Assembly (NCBI GenBank): GCA_910578245.1 | Contig: CAJTPC010000001.1 | Location: 27,603 to 91,602, forward strand | Length of the DNA stretch: 64,000 nucleotides | Direction of reading: 5' to 3' | DNA from: an uncultured Christensenella sp. | Lineage (GTDB): Bacteria; Bacillota; Clostridia; Christensenellales; UBA3700 | Part shown: positions 1 to 10,469 of the stretch, one piece after another | How positions within the stretch are numbered: position 1 is the first letter of the stretch | Layout of the letters: each line of letters begins with the position of its first letter | Program-made: the position numbers and the translations under genes | Notes under the pieces: model-generated | Told to the model about the DNA's origin: nothing | Database searches by the model: none | Seen by the model: only the letters and a program-made list of their open reading frames with translations

Positions 1-368
1 TTAATTTGCGTAGTAGAGATTTCCGGCGTGCGTGGCAAGTAAACTACTTCGCAATAATCTTTAAGAAAGTCAAACTTTCCTTCCCAGTCATTACCCATAA
101 CAAAGGTATCTATCCTAAATTCTTTTACGTCCTCAACTTTTTGTTCCCAACAATTTTCGGGTATTACCAGATCTACGCATCTCAACGCTTCTAGCATTTT
201 CTTTCGCTCTTCGTAGGAAAAATAGCACATCTTACCTTTAAGCGCGTTAAACTCGTCTGTAGACAAACCTACTACCAAATAATCTCCCATTGCCTTTGCT
301 CTCTGCAAAATATTGATATGTCCATAGTGTAACAAATCAAACGTACCGTAAGTCAATACTTTTTTCAT
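1..368 (-). CDS. tagD: glycerol-3-phosphate cytidylyltransferase (TagD/TarD family); 3' end runs off the window
   Basis: Absent from the ORF track because there is no in-window stop. The reverse complement from ATG at 368 reads MKKVLTYGTFDLLHYGHINILQRAKAMGDYLVVGLSTDEFNAL..., which carries the cytidylyltransferase HxGH signature. About 122 codons are visible. Confidence 0.85.
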   Translation of the reverse strand, partial: MKKVLTYGTFDLLHYGHINILQRAKAMGDYLVVGLSTDEFNALKGKMCYFSYEERKKMLEALRCVDLVIPENCWEQKVEDVKEFRIDTFVMGNDWEGKFDFLKDYCEVVYLPRTPEISTTQI

Positions 369-375
369 AATATTT

Positions 376-1509
376 CTACTCCTTTGTTATCCCCACAAAG
401 TCTAAAATCTTTTTGCTGTATTCCAAACTTTGATCAAAATTAACTAAATCATTTATTTCTTTTCTTTTTTCTTTCCAATCGTCTTTTCCCGCTAAAATAC
501 TGTCCAAGAACGCCTTTAACTCCTCAACGTCTTTTATCTTTTCTCCCGGCATATAATCAAGCGGATTATCAACGACAAATCCCCTCTTGTCAGAATAATC
601 GTCAATATCGTCAATGACAAATCCTATCGGCTTTTGCGTAAGAAGAAAATCAAAATAAATTGAAGAATAATCCGTTATCAATATATCCGTTTCTCCAACA
701 AAATTATACGGCATAATTTTTTTGCTCAACAAAAAATCATTTTTAATTATTTTAATATTAGAAAAATCAAGATTGAAAATATCAAGATTGTCTTGAGCTG
801 GGTGAGGTTTAATTATAAACATAATATTTTTTTCGCTGAGAAAAACGTTAAATTCTTCCAACGATACTTCGTTAAACAACGGAAACTCATGATCAGAATC
901 ATTCCTATCCCAACGCGAAGCTTTCCTGAAAGTTGGCATATACAAAACTATTTTATCATAGTTTTCTTTTAATATTCCCAGCTGTTCCATTGCGTGGTTT
1001 TCTTCAAAAAATTGTTCGCACCGCGGATATCCGCATATAAAGAACTGATCTTCTTTGTAGCCGAAACACTTTTTGAAATATTCTTTACTAAATTCACATG
1101 TCGCCAAAATTTTTGTAGACCTCTTATGATAATTAGATGAATATTCGCCCAATGTTTTAAGCGCTGTGCCGTGCCACATATCAAAAACCATTTGATTGTT
1201 AGGAGTATTGTTAGCCATTTTACCCATTCCGTGCGTATGAAATATGTACTTGGCAGTCAATGTATGATAAGCTCCGGCAATTATACCCTTTACTTTTTTT
1301 ATGTGTTTAATATTATCGTAATAAATCAAGTCGTTGTCGTTGGCTACCACCAAATAAATTCTATATTTTTCATTGTATCCGTTTTTAATTAAATACTTTA
1401 TCAATGCATGGTGATTATTATCATAACTTGTTCTACCGTAGAAAACTATCTTATTTCTTTGTTTGGGTAAAATTTTATTGACTAACGTTATTAATTTAAT
1501 TCTATTCAT
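376..1509 (-). CDS. CDP-glycerol glycerophosphotransferase (TagB/TagF family)
   Basis: Motifs MWHGTALKTLG, YMPTFR...W and ITDYSSIYFDFLL are typical of the Glyphos_transf family. I prefer the MNRIKLI start at 1509, which overlaps the upstream stop by 8 nt, over the track start at 1548. Confidence 0.8.
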   Translation of the reverse strand: MNRIKLITLVNKILPKQRNKIVFYGRTSYDNNHHALIKYLIKNGYNEKYRIYLVVANDNDLIYYDNIKHIKKVKGIIAGAYHTLTAKYIFHTHGMGKMANNTPNNQMVFDMWHGTALKTLGEYSSNYHKRSTKILATCEFSKEYFKKCFGYKEDQFFICGYPRCEQFFEENHAMEQLGILKENYDKIVLYMPTFRKASRWDRNDSDHEFPLFNEVSLEEFNVFLSEKNIMFIIKPHPAQDNLDIFNLDFSNIKIIKNDFLLSKKIMPYNFVGETDILITDYSSIYFDFLLTQKPIGFVIDDIDDYSDKRGFVVDNPLDYMPGEKIKDVEELKAFLDSILAGKDDWKEKRKEINDLVNFDQSLEYSKKILDFVGITKE

Positions 1510-3106
1510 TATCGTTATTCTCCTCAAATGCATCCTCATTATCCCCAATGTTTTCTATCTTTCCATTTTCTTCATTGTCCTGAGTATCCCCGTTGACGAG
1601 TTGAGGTATTTTCTTCCCCCTTTTTAGCATACCACAAAACTTTTTAATAATGAATATGATTTCGCGCATATTAATAATAAATATCGATAATATTACGACA
1701 GTTGCGTAAGCCCATTTATATTTAACGTTAAGCGTATAGACGACAGCCAATACCATTAAAAGCATATATTGCGCGATAAACTTAAACCAATTAGTATTAA
1801 TCTTAACAAGCTTTTTGGACAATAATACTCTGGTAACAAATATAACCGTATAACTCAACCAAAAAGCTATTATGGACACATATACAACGCTGTTTAATCC
1901 GACAAACTTCGCGAAAATCGGCATAAAAATGCAACATACCGCAAGATTTACGCCTGCGCCTATAAATGTCGAATACATGCTGTATTTCGTCTTGTAATAT
2001 GCTCCGAAAAATGCTCCGAAAAAGGCAGAGAAACAACCGGATACAGCTCCCATAATTAAAATAGGAGAGAATACCCAAGCTTCATAAAAATTATTCTTTA
2101 ATAAAAATTTAGAAATGTACGGAACAATTAAAATAATTACTCCTGTAGCTAGAAAGATAATGGGAGTATAGTACTTAAAAACAGTACTGTAGAATTCATT
2201 CCTATCGCTACTCTCGCTTTCTTGCGCAGAAGATAATGACCATGCTTGCAAAAAGATGCTACTAACTACATTGATAAGAGCAGGCAACTTACTTGCCGCT
2301 GTAACCAGTCCTGCGACCGTCCAAGCCTGTTCATACAATTCTTCATTTTTGCCTAAACCAGCGATTGTTATTACTGATAAGTATACCATTAGATAACGTC
2401 CTGAAGTCTGCACTATCCACCAACTTATGCTATTGGAAACGTTGGGAATAGAATACTTTAACATCTCTTTCAAAGTTATCTTGTTGAAATCATGAATTTT
2501 AATATATTTCCAAGGATTAACGGTAATAGTAAGTAAGATAATTACTACTATAGGCGCCACAATGAGTGATAAAAGATACCCATTTATCCCAAGACGCAAC
2601 GGCACTATAGCTATATATGCGGTCAGCAACATCGCTACAGCCTCTATAATACTAGAAACAGCGTAATTAACAGTCTTGCCAATACCTCTTGTAAACTCGC
2701 ACAACAACCCCTTAAAACCTCTCAAAACAAATAGAGGAATTAGTAACAAAAGATATGTTCCGCTATAGATTGAGCCTGTATAATTAGCAATAAAATAAAA
2801 TGCGACATCAAATATGGCAAAAACTAAAGATCCTATAAAAACTATAGTAAACGAATTGGTGATTATCTCGTTAGGCGAATACTTCTTGTCTACCGAAAAT
2901 CTAAACAACGCTTCGGCTAACCCCAAAGTCAATAGTGGGATAAACAAGTCGGAGATAGTAGTCACTACGTTGTCCGTAATACCATACTGACTCTCAAGTA
3001 AATACTTCGTTAACATCGGAAGTATAAAAAACTGAGCCGCCTTACCCGTAAGGTTGCCTATAGCAAAGATTATTGAATTTGAAATCAGTCTTTTATACTT
3101 GTTCAT
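1502..3106 (-). CDS. wzx: polysaccharide flippase (Wzx, MOP/PST family) with an acidic C-terminal tail
   Basis: 534 aa with many predicted TM segments. The N-terminus MNKYKRLISNSIIFAIGNL... is typical of PST flippases. The gene sits inside a glycan operon. Confidence 0.75.
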   Translation of the reverse strand: MNKYKRLISNSIIFAIGNLTGKAAQFFILPMLTKYLLESQYGITDNVVTTISDLFIPLLTLGLAEALFRFSVDKKYSPNEIITNSFTIVFIGSLVFAIFDVAFYFIANYTGSIYSGTYLLLLIPLFVLRGFKGLLCEFTRGIGKTVNYAVSSIIEAVAMLLTAYIAIVPLRLGINGYLLSLIVAPIVVIILLTITVNPWKYIKIHDFNKITLKEMLKYSIPNVSNSISWWIVQTSGRYLMVYLSVITIAGLGKNEELYEQAWTVAGLVTAASKLPALINVVSSIFLQAWSLSSAQESESSDRNEFYSTVFKYYTPIIFLATGVIILIVPYISKFLLKNNFYEAWVFSPILIMGAVSGCFSAFFGAFFGAYYKTKYSMYSTFIGAGVNLAVCCIFMPIFAKFVGLNSVVYVSIIAFWLSYTVIFVTRVLLSKKLVKINTNWFKFIAQYMLLMVLAVVYTLNVKYKWAYATVVILSIFIINMREIIFIIKKFCGMLKRGKKIPQLVNGDTQDNEENGKIENIGDNEDAFEENNDNE

Positions 3107-3165
3107 ATTTACAATATAATTATTATACCCCCAGAACTAAGCGTTTTGCAACACAATATCTAAAT

Positions 3166-4305
3166 TTATGTTTCCCAAAAGAATGAATAGGGATATATTA
3201 TGTTCCACTCCGGTCTGAAAATTTGACCTAATATTAAATAAACAGTCATTATTAATATTATCAAGAAAGTAAGTGCTTTCTTAGCATTTTGATCATATTT
3301 TCTTAGAGCATTTGGCATTAAAATTATGTAAAACGTACTAAAGTACGATATTATTCTATCAATCAAACTGATTCTATAACCAAATATTACTCCTATCGCA
3401 GGTATAAGAGCCAACCATGCAATAAGATTTCTTTGACAGCTATTATTTAATTTTGAGATACCAATGACCCGATTATCTTTTATTTTGCTAATTACCATGA
3501 ATATTAAAACAAAAAATATAACGTTACGCATTACTAAATAAGTTATAGATAAGCTTCCTGTACCAGAGTACATTTGCGAATCAAAATAATGAGAATATTG
3601 TGGCGCAATAATTTCTACGAATCTAAAGAATCCATTTGTAGCCGTAAGTATAATGACTAATACAGCCAAAATTATTGCTAATATTTTGCTAAATCTAATA
3701 TATGGCAATATAGGAATAATTATAAATAATATAGCGCTTTTGTGAAATAAAAATGCAATTATAATCCAAAAGTATGAGGTAATTATTTTTTTATTTATTA
3801 GCCTATCGTATGCTATCAATAAAAATGCAATCGCCAATTCTTGCCTAAGAATATTCAGAGTTGAGCCAAAACACATTAAATAAAAAAACAACAAAGATAT
3901 GGAATAGTTTTTACTGTGTTTGCGCAAAAACCAAATATAAACAGGATAATATATCATAGCTGAGCAGATAATTATACCTTGAGGATTTGTTGTAAATTTT
4001 CCAACAAGTTTATTCAAAAAAATATATCCTAATTCAAATCTAGTTATATTGGCATAATCAGGATTGGATATTACATTAATAAATATTTTATGATATTCGT
4101 TAGTATCGCTTCCAACGCTGATTCCTCTAAACATAGCAAGAACCATCATGACAATCATTGCAATTATCATGTATGTTCCTTTATCCTTTTTTTCTGCCTG
4201 CGTTGTAGTTAAATTGGCGTTATATCTTAGAATCCTTTTAGACAATTTTGCTTGAAGATAAGCAAATATAAATACAAACGCAGTTATTAATAGTAAGTCT
4301 CTCAT
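3166..4305 (-). CDS. EpsG/Wzy-like polysaccharide polymerase (polytopic membrane protein)
   Basis: 379 aa and highly hydrophobic. Size and position between the flippase and the GTs fit the EpsG family. There is a 4-nt start/stop overlap with the upstream GT1. Confidence 0.6.
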   Translation of the reverse strand: MRDLLLITAFVFIFAYLQAKLSKRILRYNANLTTTQAEKKDKGTYMIIAMIVMMVLAMFRGISVGSDTNEYHKIFINVISNPDYANITRFELGYIFLNKLVGKFTTNPQGIIICSAMIYYPVYIWFLRKHSKNYSISLLFFYLMCFGSTLNILRQELAIAFLLIAYDRLINKKIITSYFWIIIAFLFHKSAILFIIIPILPYIRFSKILAIILAVLVIILTATNGFFRFVEIIAPQYSHYFDSQMYSGTGSLSITYLVMRNVIFFVLIFMVISKIKDNRVIGISKLNNSCQRNLIAWLALIPAIGVIFGYRISLIDRIISYFSTFYIILMPNALRKYDQNAKKALTFLIILIMTVYLILGQIFRPEWNIIYPYSFFWET

Positions 4306-5423
4306 ATATACAAATTTATTATCTCATTATAGATATCTTCCAAATTTTTGGCTTGCCTTACTATGTCAAAGCCTTTATCTTTCAATATATCAATATATCT
4401 CTTTCTATCTTCTATTATAGCAATATTACGTATAACTTCAGCCCATTGTTCTGAATTCGCCTCATTAGGTAGAGAATGTAAATTATCCAAAATCATAACT
4501 TCTTCAGGCATATTTTCAAAGCATAATGTTACTAAACCATTAGCTTGAGCTTCTAGGAGCGCTATGCCAAATCCCTCAAACAAAGAAGGGAAAACAAAAC
4601 AATCCATTGCGCTTAGTAATTCGCCTATATCTTTTCTGCTGTCAGTAAAAACTACGTAGTCCTCTAATCCTGAAGATTTCACATATTCCAACGTACCTGA
4701 CTCTTCTTTACCTGGACCTACGAGCAAAAGACGAGCATCCTGTCTACTCTTAAGTAATTCCTTTAATACCTCAACGGCAAATTTTTGGTTTTTTTGTGGA
4801 CACAACCTGCCGACATTGCCAAGCACGAACTTATCTTGCAATCCAAATTCTTCCCTTATATTTTTACGACCTTCACTTGTAAAAGTATAGTTATCTAGAT
4901 TGATTGCATTATAAATTGTCTTATATTTTTTATCGTTGATAATCTTTTTGCCAAATGCGTTTTGTCCAGCTTCTTTTGAGCAAGCGAAACAATAATCGCT
5001 ATATTTTGCAAGTCCTCGTACCAATATTCTATTTCTAATAGCTCTAATTGGCTTTTCTGAAAGTTTAGTATTATGACTGTGCGAAATACACTTTACGTTG
5101 CCATATTTTCTTGCATACTTAAATACCATTTTAGCAACTAGAATCTCATGACAATGTATAATATCATATTCCTTTCCATGTTCCTTGAAAAACTCTTTAA
5201 GATCTTTTAATGTTTTGAAGTAAGTTCTTATACCAGGAACCGTAAACTTATAGACCACACCGCCTAATTCGTTTATTTCATTATTAAAACTATTGCTTGG
5301 TAACGAGAGTACCAAAAAATCAAATTGAACCTTATCTTTATTAATATTACGATAATAATTCATCACTACGTTAGAAACACCGCTACTTGTACCTGTAGAC
5401 CACAATACTTGCAATACTTTCAT
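4302..5423 (-). CDS. glycosyltransferase family 1 (GT4-type)
   Basis: C-terminal EX7E-like motif FPSLFEGFGIALLEAQANGL, 373 aa. Confidence 0.85.
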   Translation of the reverse strand: MKVLQVLWSTGTSSGVSNVVMNYYRNINKDKVQFDFLVLSLPSNSFNNEINELGGVVYKFTVPGIRTYFKTLKDLKEFFKEHGKEYDIIHCHEILVAKMVFKYARKYGNVKCISHSHNTKLSEKPIRAIRNRILVRGLAKYSDYCFACSKEAGQNAFGKKIINDKKYKTIYNAINLDNYTFTSEGRKNIREEFGLQDKFVLGNVGRLCPQKNQKFAVEVLKELLKSRQDARLLLVGPGKEESGTLEYVKSSGLEDYVVFTDSRKDIGELLSAMDCFVFPSLFEGFGIALLEAQANGLVTLCFENMPEEVMILDNLHSLPNEANSEQWAEVIRNIAIIEDRKRYIDILKDKGFDIVRQAKNLEDIYNEIINLYI

Positions 5424-6073
5424 TGCCTCTCCTTTGATTTTTTATGCGACATATACATACGCATAAAGTCCAAATCGTGATGATAAGTCAATTTGTAATT
5501 ATCCGGGAAATCAAAATGCTTATAAAGCGTAGTTCCCTCCGGTAATTGTTGATAGGCCTCTACCAATGAAGAAAGCGGATCAAAATTCTTATATATCAAG
5601 TCAAACCTAAACGCTTCTGGAGATTGAAGAATATAATATCTGCTTCTATCGCACTCCAAAAAGTCAAGACAACCCAAAGAATCAACTATTCGTTGACAAG
5701 TAGCCACGACTTGGTATTCGTCTAGCTTGTCCATATATAAATCAATTAACTCTTTTGTAACGAAAGGACGCATAGCGTCAAATACCATAAGTTTATCGCA
5801 ATTATACTTGGATTTTATATACTCCATACCGTTTTTGAAAGAGATATTACGCTCGCTTCCGCCCACGCAAACGTCTACGTCAAATCTTTCCTTAAACCAA
5901 TCTAGATATTCTTCCGCGCACACAACGACAGTTCTGTCAACCTTGCTTGATTGAAGCGTAGCTTCGACCACGTACTCAACCACGGTCTTTCCCAATAGGT
6001 CTTGATATTGTTTGGGAGTCGGAGCGCCAAACCTTTGGCCTACTCCGCCAGATAAAATCATAGCTATATTCAT
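5420..6073 (-). CDS. IspD/TarI-family nucleotidyltransferase (CDP-alditol or CDP-sugar synthase)
   Basis: N-terminus MNIAMILSGGVGQRFG..PKQY matches the IspD/TarI P-loop-like motif. 217 aa. Confidence 0.75.
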   Translation of the reverse strand: MNIAMILSGGVGQRFGAPTPKQYQDLLGKTVVEYVVEATLQSSKVDRTVVVCAEEYLDWFKERFDVDVCVGGSERNISFKNGMEYIKSKYNCDKLMVFDAMRPFVTKELIDLYMDKLDEYQVVATCQRIVDSLGCLDFLECDRSRYYILQSPEAFRFDLIYKNFDPLSSLVEAYQQLPEGTTLYKHFDFPDNYKLTYHHDLDFMRMYMSHKKSKERQ

Positions 6074-6909
6074 TCTTGTCCCTCGCTTGTCTTGTCATAT
6101 AATTCATACCCGTGAGTTGCCACTCTTTTTTCTTCAGGCGGTAATTGCATATAATCGCCGTAAAACTGCGTAAGATACTTTTCCCAGCCTATAGGAGCTG
6201 GCAATACTAAGTTCTCAAATTGCATATATTCGCATTCACCGTACGTTTCGACTCTATTAACAATTCTATTACTTCCCACCTGGTCAATATATTCTCCAAC
6301 GTATTCGCATTGATCATAGGGCAAACTTCTTGCTAATTTATAAATTTTCTTATGCAATCTTTTTACGCCATATATTTTAACGAAAAATCTTAATAGTTCT
6401 ATCGCCAAATTTTTAACGAACGAACAGTCCTTTCTCCAAGGCTCTACCAATAATGAATAATTCATTACTTGATACTTATGCATTTTCTTCATTTGTTTCT
6501 CTGCTGTAGCCATATCATTGCCAAGTCCGTCAATAGGAAAAATATCAAGATATAATCCCATTTCAACTCCCGAATAAACGTCATCTTCTATAAGCAACGT
6601 ATCCATATCCACCAATTTCAAAAAAGTATAGACATACTTATGATTTAACTCATGAGAAAACAATTTGTATCTATTATTATCTTGCTTCTCCTTGAATATC
6701 TCTATTAGTTTGTCATAGTCAGGACGAGGCATATGCACGTCAATATCATCATCCCAAGGTATAAAACCTTTATGTCTAACCGCGCCAAGTAACGTCCCCC
6801 CTGACAAAAACATTTCCAAACCATTATCTTTACAAATATCGTTCAAATATTCTGCCATACTTAAAAGTCGTTGACGCATCTCATGAATTTCTATTTTTCT
6901 CATTTCCAT
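6070..6909 (-). CDS. LicD-family phosphotransferase
   Basis: LSGGTLLGAVRHKGFIPWDDDIDVHM is the LicD nucleotidyltransferase-fold signature. Confidence 0.85.
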   Translation of the reverse strand: MEMRKIEIHEMRQRLLSMAEYLNDICKDNGLEMFLSGGTLLGAVRHKGFIPWDDDIDVHMPRPDYDKLIEIFKEKQDNNRYKLFSHELNHKYVYTFLKLVDMDTLLIEDDVYSGVEMGLYLDIFPIDGLGNDMATAEKQMKKMHKYQVMNYSLLVEPWRKDCSFVKNLAIELLRFFVKIYGVKRLHKKIYKLARSLPYDQCEYVGEYIDQVGSNRIVNRVETYGECEYMQFENLVLPAPIGWEKYLTQFYGDYMQLPPEEKRVATHGYELYDKTSEGQE

Positions 6910-6921
6910 TTCCTTTTTTAT

Positions 6922-7776
6922 TTATTTTGCAAGTTCCGCTATTTTATCGTTCACTTCATTAAACTTTCTTGCAATCAATTTATCGCTTGACTTCAATTGC
7001 TCGTAATCTTCCAATGACAAGATTTTGGGATTCTTTTTCCCTTCACTCCAATCTACGTAAGTCAGATAATCCTTTATTTTATCTGCGTACTGCGAGTTGC
7101 CGATTATTGTTTGGAAAAAACTCTCGTCGGGACATATACAGTTCTTAAAATATTTCAAATACGGTTTACTGTCCACCTCATCTAAAACGTACGTCATAGT
7201 TTCATAGGTAATCGCAAACCACTGACTGCCGAAGAACCAATCCACTCCAAGTATATTTTTTCGCTTAAATAGACTGCGCGTCATTCCGCCTGTCATATAA
7301 TTGTATATCTTTCTTAATACTCTCATTATAAATTTAGGCGACGCACCCCATGTAGGATACCAAGTCTGATTTCTTTTAAGATATCGTCTATACCTCTCAT
7401 CCTCTTTCGGAATAATTTCAATGAAGTTATATCCAAAATTCTGCACAAAGAAATTTTGTATAAACTCGTTAGACTTTATTGGATAGTCCTGTCCGCTTAT
7501 AAACCAAACGTAATCATACTCGCGCTTGCTCTCTCTTACATTCTTCAATAGTTCAAGCATAGATTCGACTAATGATATATGCCCCCACTTAGCGTCTATT
7601 CTATTGGAAGTAAAATAAACATTGGTTTTTTTATTTATATCGCCTATGATATTACTCTTTTTATCTATATGCAAATAAAAATCAACGCTAGGGTAATCCA
7701 AAGCATCAATCATTTCATTAATCGCCTTGGGATTTTTATGAGCCAATATTAAATATGCTATACGAACTTCACTCAT
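6922..7776 (-). CDS. GT14-like (core-2/I-branching type) glycosyltransferase
   Basis: N-terminus IAYLILAHKNP, a WGHISLV motif and a size of 284 aa resemble the Branch/GT14 family. Confidence 0.65.
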   Translation of the reverse strand: MSEVRIAYLILAHKNPKAINEMIDALDYPSVDFYLHIDKKSNIIGDINKKTNVYFTSNRIDAKWGHISLVESMLELLKNVRESKREYDYVWFISGQDYPIKSNEFIQNFFVQNFGYNFIEIIPKEDERYRRYLKRNQTWYPTWGASPKFIMRVLRKIYNYMTGGMTRSLFKRKNILGVDWFFGSQWFAITYETMTYVLDEVDSKPYLKYFKNCICPDESFFQTIIGNSQYADKIKDYLTYVDWSEGKKNPKILSLEDYEQLKSSDKLIARKFNEVNDKIAELAK

Positions 7777-7796
7777 TTACTTACTCTTTTCTCTAA

Positions 7797-8636
7797 TTAA
7801 TTTTCTTTCGCAGGTTTTTGTCGCATCAACTTTATGAAAACGAATTTTCTCAAACAATTGGGCATCAAAACTTGTATGACGTATCTCATAAAACAACACT
7901 TTCTATACTCGCCTTTAGTTATTATCTTGTTGTTAAGCATAAACTTAAACAAGTCCCTTTCGCTTATATAGTATTTTTTACCACCGCGCCTACTAAAAGT
8001 AGCTTCGTTGATTCTTGCGTATACAAGATTCTCTTTGATATTTGCGAATTTGCATCCTGCCAAATACATTCTTGCCCAAAGATAACTGTCCTCATTATAA
8101 AACCAATGCAAGTATCCGCCGGCTTTCTCCACTTCGCTTTTCTTGAACATAACCGTCATATGATTGAAAGGACATCTTTTTTTGAGATACTCGCAAATAT
8201 CTTTATGCTCGGCGGGCACGTCTCTCACACTGACAACGTTATCTATATCACCAATAAATTCTGCTATATCGCTTCCCACAATTGAAATATCGGGATTTTT
8301 TTCCATTAAAGCAAGTTGTTTCTCAAACCTGTCTTTAACAGCTATATCATCGCTATCCATTCTTGCAATAAGTTCGTATCTGCAATATTGCATTCCTTCT
8401 TTAAGCGCATTGCCCAAACCCACGTTTTGCTCCAATGGATATAATTCAATCAAATCACTATACTCTTCCCTCAGTCCGTTTAACGCATGCATACTGTCTT
8501 CGGGTATTGGACCGTCGACAACTATTACCACTTGAGACGGTCTTACAGTTTGCTCAATTATACTCTTTACCGCCGTTATTACGTTTTCCGCAACGTCATT
8601 CTTATAGACAGACATCAATACGCTGAATTCTTGCAT
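7797..8636 (-). CDS. glycosyltransferase family 2
   Basis: FSVLMSVYKND...VVIVVDGP and a DSDD motif (ARMDSDDIA) are typical of GT2. Confidence 0.85.
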   Translation of the reverse strand: MQEFSVLMSVYKNDVAENVITAVKSIIEQTVRPSQVVIVVDGPIPEDSMHALNGLREEYSDLIELYPLEQNVGLGNALKEGMQYCRYELIARMDSDDIAVKDRFEKQLALMEKNPDISIVGSDIAEFIGDIDNVVSVRDVPAEHKDICEYLKKRCPFNHMTVMFKKSEVEKAGGYLHWFYNEDSYLWARMYLAGCKFANIKENLVYARINEATFSRRGGKKYYISERDLFKFMLNNKIITKGEYRKCCFMRYVIQVLMPNCLRKFVFIKLMRQKPAKEN

Positions 8637-8648
8637 AATATTCCCTTT

Positions 8649-9275
8649 CTATTCTTTAATTACTTTTCCTATCGTCTTGAAGATTAGACCTATATCATAA
8701 AAGAAGCCTGCTTTTTCGATATACTTAAGATTCAATTCCAACTTAGCGGGCATAATCTCTTCGATATATTTTCTTTCGGGATCGTCATCTCCGTCGAGAA
8801 GATCGTTTTCATTGCGAAATTCTATCGAAGCGAGGTCGGTTATACCGGGTTTTACGGACAGTACTCTGAGTTGCTCGTCGCTGTACATAGCAACGTACTT
8901 GGGTACTTCCGGACGCGGACCGACAAAACTCATCTTGCCCGACAATACGTTGAAGAGTTGCGGCAACTCGTCAATCTTGGTCTTGCGAATGAATTTGCCT
9001 ACTTTGGTAACTCTATTGTCGCCTTCCGTGGTGATTTGCATACCTTTAGCCTCGGCGTTGACTACCATAGACCTGAATTTCCAAATCTTAAAAGTCTTGC
9101 CGTGTCTGCCCACCCTCTCTTGCTTAAAAAGCACCGGACCTTTTGACGAACACTTGATTGCTATAGCTATTATCAAAAACAACCAAAGAAGTACAGATAT
9201 TCCAAGTAGCGAAAAGAAAATATCAAAGCACCGTTTAGAAAACTTATACACCCACAGCCTCCTTAAAATTTTCAA
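8649..9275 (-). CDS. small monotopic phosphoglycosyl transferase (PglC/WbaP C-terminal type 'bacterial sugar transferase')
   Basis: [14 protein letters not shown] hairpin, then [25 protein letters not shown]...DELPQL..VL.G.MS.VGPRP. An alternative GTG start at 9251 has a GGAGG RBS and overlaps the DegT stop by 8 nt. Confidence 0.85.
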   Translation of the reverse strand: MKILRRLWVYKFSKRCFDIFFSLLGISVLLWLFLIIAIAIKCSSKGPVLFKQERVGRHGKTFKIWKFRSMVVNAEAKGMQITTEGDNRVTKVGKFIRKTKIDELPQLFNVLSGKMSFVGPRPEVPKYVAMYSDEQLRVLSVKPGITDLASIEFRNENDLLDGDDDPERKYIEEIMPAKLELNLKYIEKAGFFYDIGLIFKTIGKVIKE

Positions 9276-10446
9276 TGATATATTCCACTTCTTCGTCTGT
9301 CAAGAGCGTATGCAACGGCAACGTAATCTCGTTGCTATACAAGTAGTAAGCGTTGGGATAATTCTTTATATCGAATCCCAGTTCTTTATATCCGCTAAAC
9401 ATAGGCAAAGGCTTATAATGCACGTTGGTGGCGATACCGGCGTTTGCCATTTTGACAATTATCTCGTTGCGTTTTGCCTCGTCGATACCATTTATTCTAG
9501 TGATATACAGATGCCCGCTACCATCATAATCATTTGTGTAATGCGCGATAGATTGAATTGCCGTACCCTTAAAAGCGTCGTCATACTTTGATATTATTTC
9601 TCTGCGCCTTGCGAGCAGGCTATCGTATCTCTTTAATTGCACAAGACCGAGAGAAGCCATGATATCCGTCATGTTGCACTTATATCCCAACATCTTTATG
9701 TCATATTCCCATGCGCCCGCCTTCATCTTGGATAGCGCGTCTTTAGACTGCCCGTGCAAACTGTCAAGTACCAATTGAGAATATATAAAATCGTTGTCAA
9801 TACCTTTAATATCTCTCCACGTAACTGCTCCGCCTTCCGCAGTCGTCAAATTCTTGACGGCATGGAATGAAAACGATGTGAAGTCTGCAATTTCTCCTGA
9901 CGTCTTACCGTTTTGTGTCGCTCCGAAAGAATGCGCCGAGTCTGCGATAACAACTATTCTGCCTATTGCTCTTTGAATATCGTTGGACGGTTTGAATATG
10001 CCTTTATTTTCATTGGCAATCTTAAAAAGAGATTCATAATCGGCGATTACGCCCGCAATGTCTACGCCAATAATGGCTTTTGTCTTTTCCGTAACGGCGT
10101 TGCGCACGTTGTCAGCCGAAATATAAAAATTATCCTTGTCGGTATCTACAAGCACAATTTTAGCCCCAACGTGATTAATTACGCTTGCAGAAGCCGTATA
10201 AGTGTAGGCGCTGGTGATAACTTCATCGCCCTCGCCGATACCCAAAAATCTCAAAATAAGTTCAAGTCCTGCTGTAGCAGAATTAAGACATACCGCCTTT
10301 TGCGTATGGCAATACTCAGCGATAAGTTTTTCGAACTTTTTAGTCTTAGGTCCCGTTGTTATCCAACCTGACTTAAGCGTATCTACGACCTCGTCTATCT
10401 CCTCTTGAGTGATATCAGGCGGTGAAAATTTGATATTCATACGCAC
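9244..10446 (-). CDS. DegT/DnrJ/EryC1-family PLP aminotransferase (PglE/EpsN-like sugar aminotransferase)
   Basis: 400 aa. [14 protein letters not shown] (PLP lysine motif) and an N-terminal [14 protein letters not shown] pattern. Confidence 0.85.
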   Translation of the reverse strand: MRMNIKFSPPDITQEEIDEVVDTLKSGWITTGPKTKKFEKLIAEYCHTQKAVCLNSATAGLELILRFLGIGEGDEVITSAYTYTASASVINHVGAKIVLVDTDKDNFYISADNVRNAVTEKTKAIIGVDIAGVIADYESLFKIANENKGIFKPSNDIQRAIGRIVVIADSAHSFGATQNGKTSGEIADFTSFSFHAVKNLTTAEGGAVTWRDIKGIDNDFIYSQLVLDSLHGQSKDALSKMKAGAWEYDIKMLGYKCNMTDIMASLGLVQLKRYDSLLARRREIISKYDDAFKGTAIQSIAHYTNDYDGSGHLYITRINGIDEAKRNEIIVKMANAGIATNVHYKPLPMFSGYKELGFDIKNYPNAYYLYSNEITLPLHTLLTDEEVEYIIENFKEAVGV

Positions 10447-10469
10447 TTTCCTATTTTAGTATTTTTAAT

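Noticed and set aside
6-194. 62-aa plus-strand ORF at the left edge of the window
   Set aside because: It lies entirely antisense to the clearly recognisable tagD reading frame (HxGH cytidylyltransferase). It has no RBS and no recognisable motif.
8812-9591. 259-aa plus-strand ORF antisense to the sugar transferase/DegT genes. Similar long antisense ORFs occur at 12294-12788, 13325-13732, 31464-32099, 52834-53514, 53690-54340 and 53773-54480.
   Set aside because: Each is fully embedded opposite a gene with strong family motifs. Their translations are low-complexity (S/L/I-rich) with no motifs or RBS. This is typical of open antisense frames.
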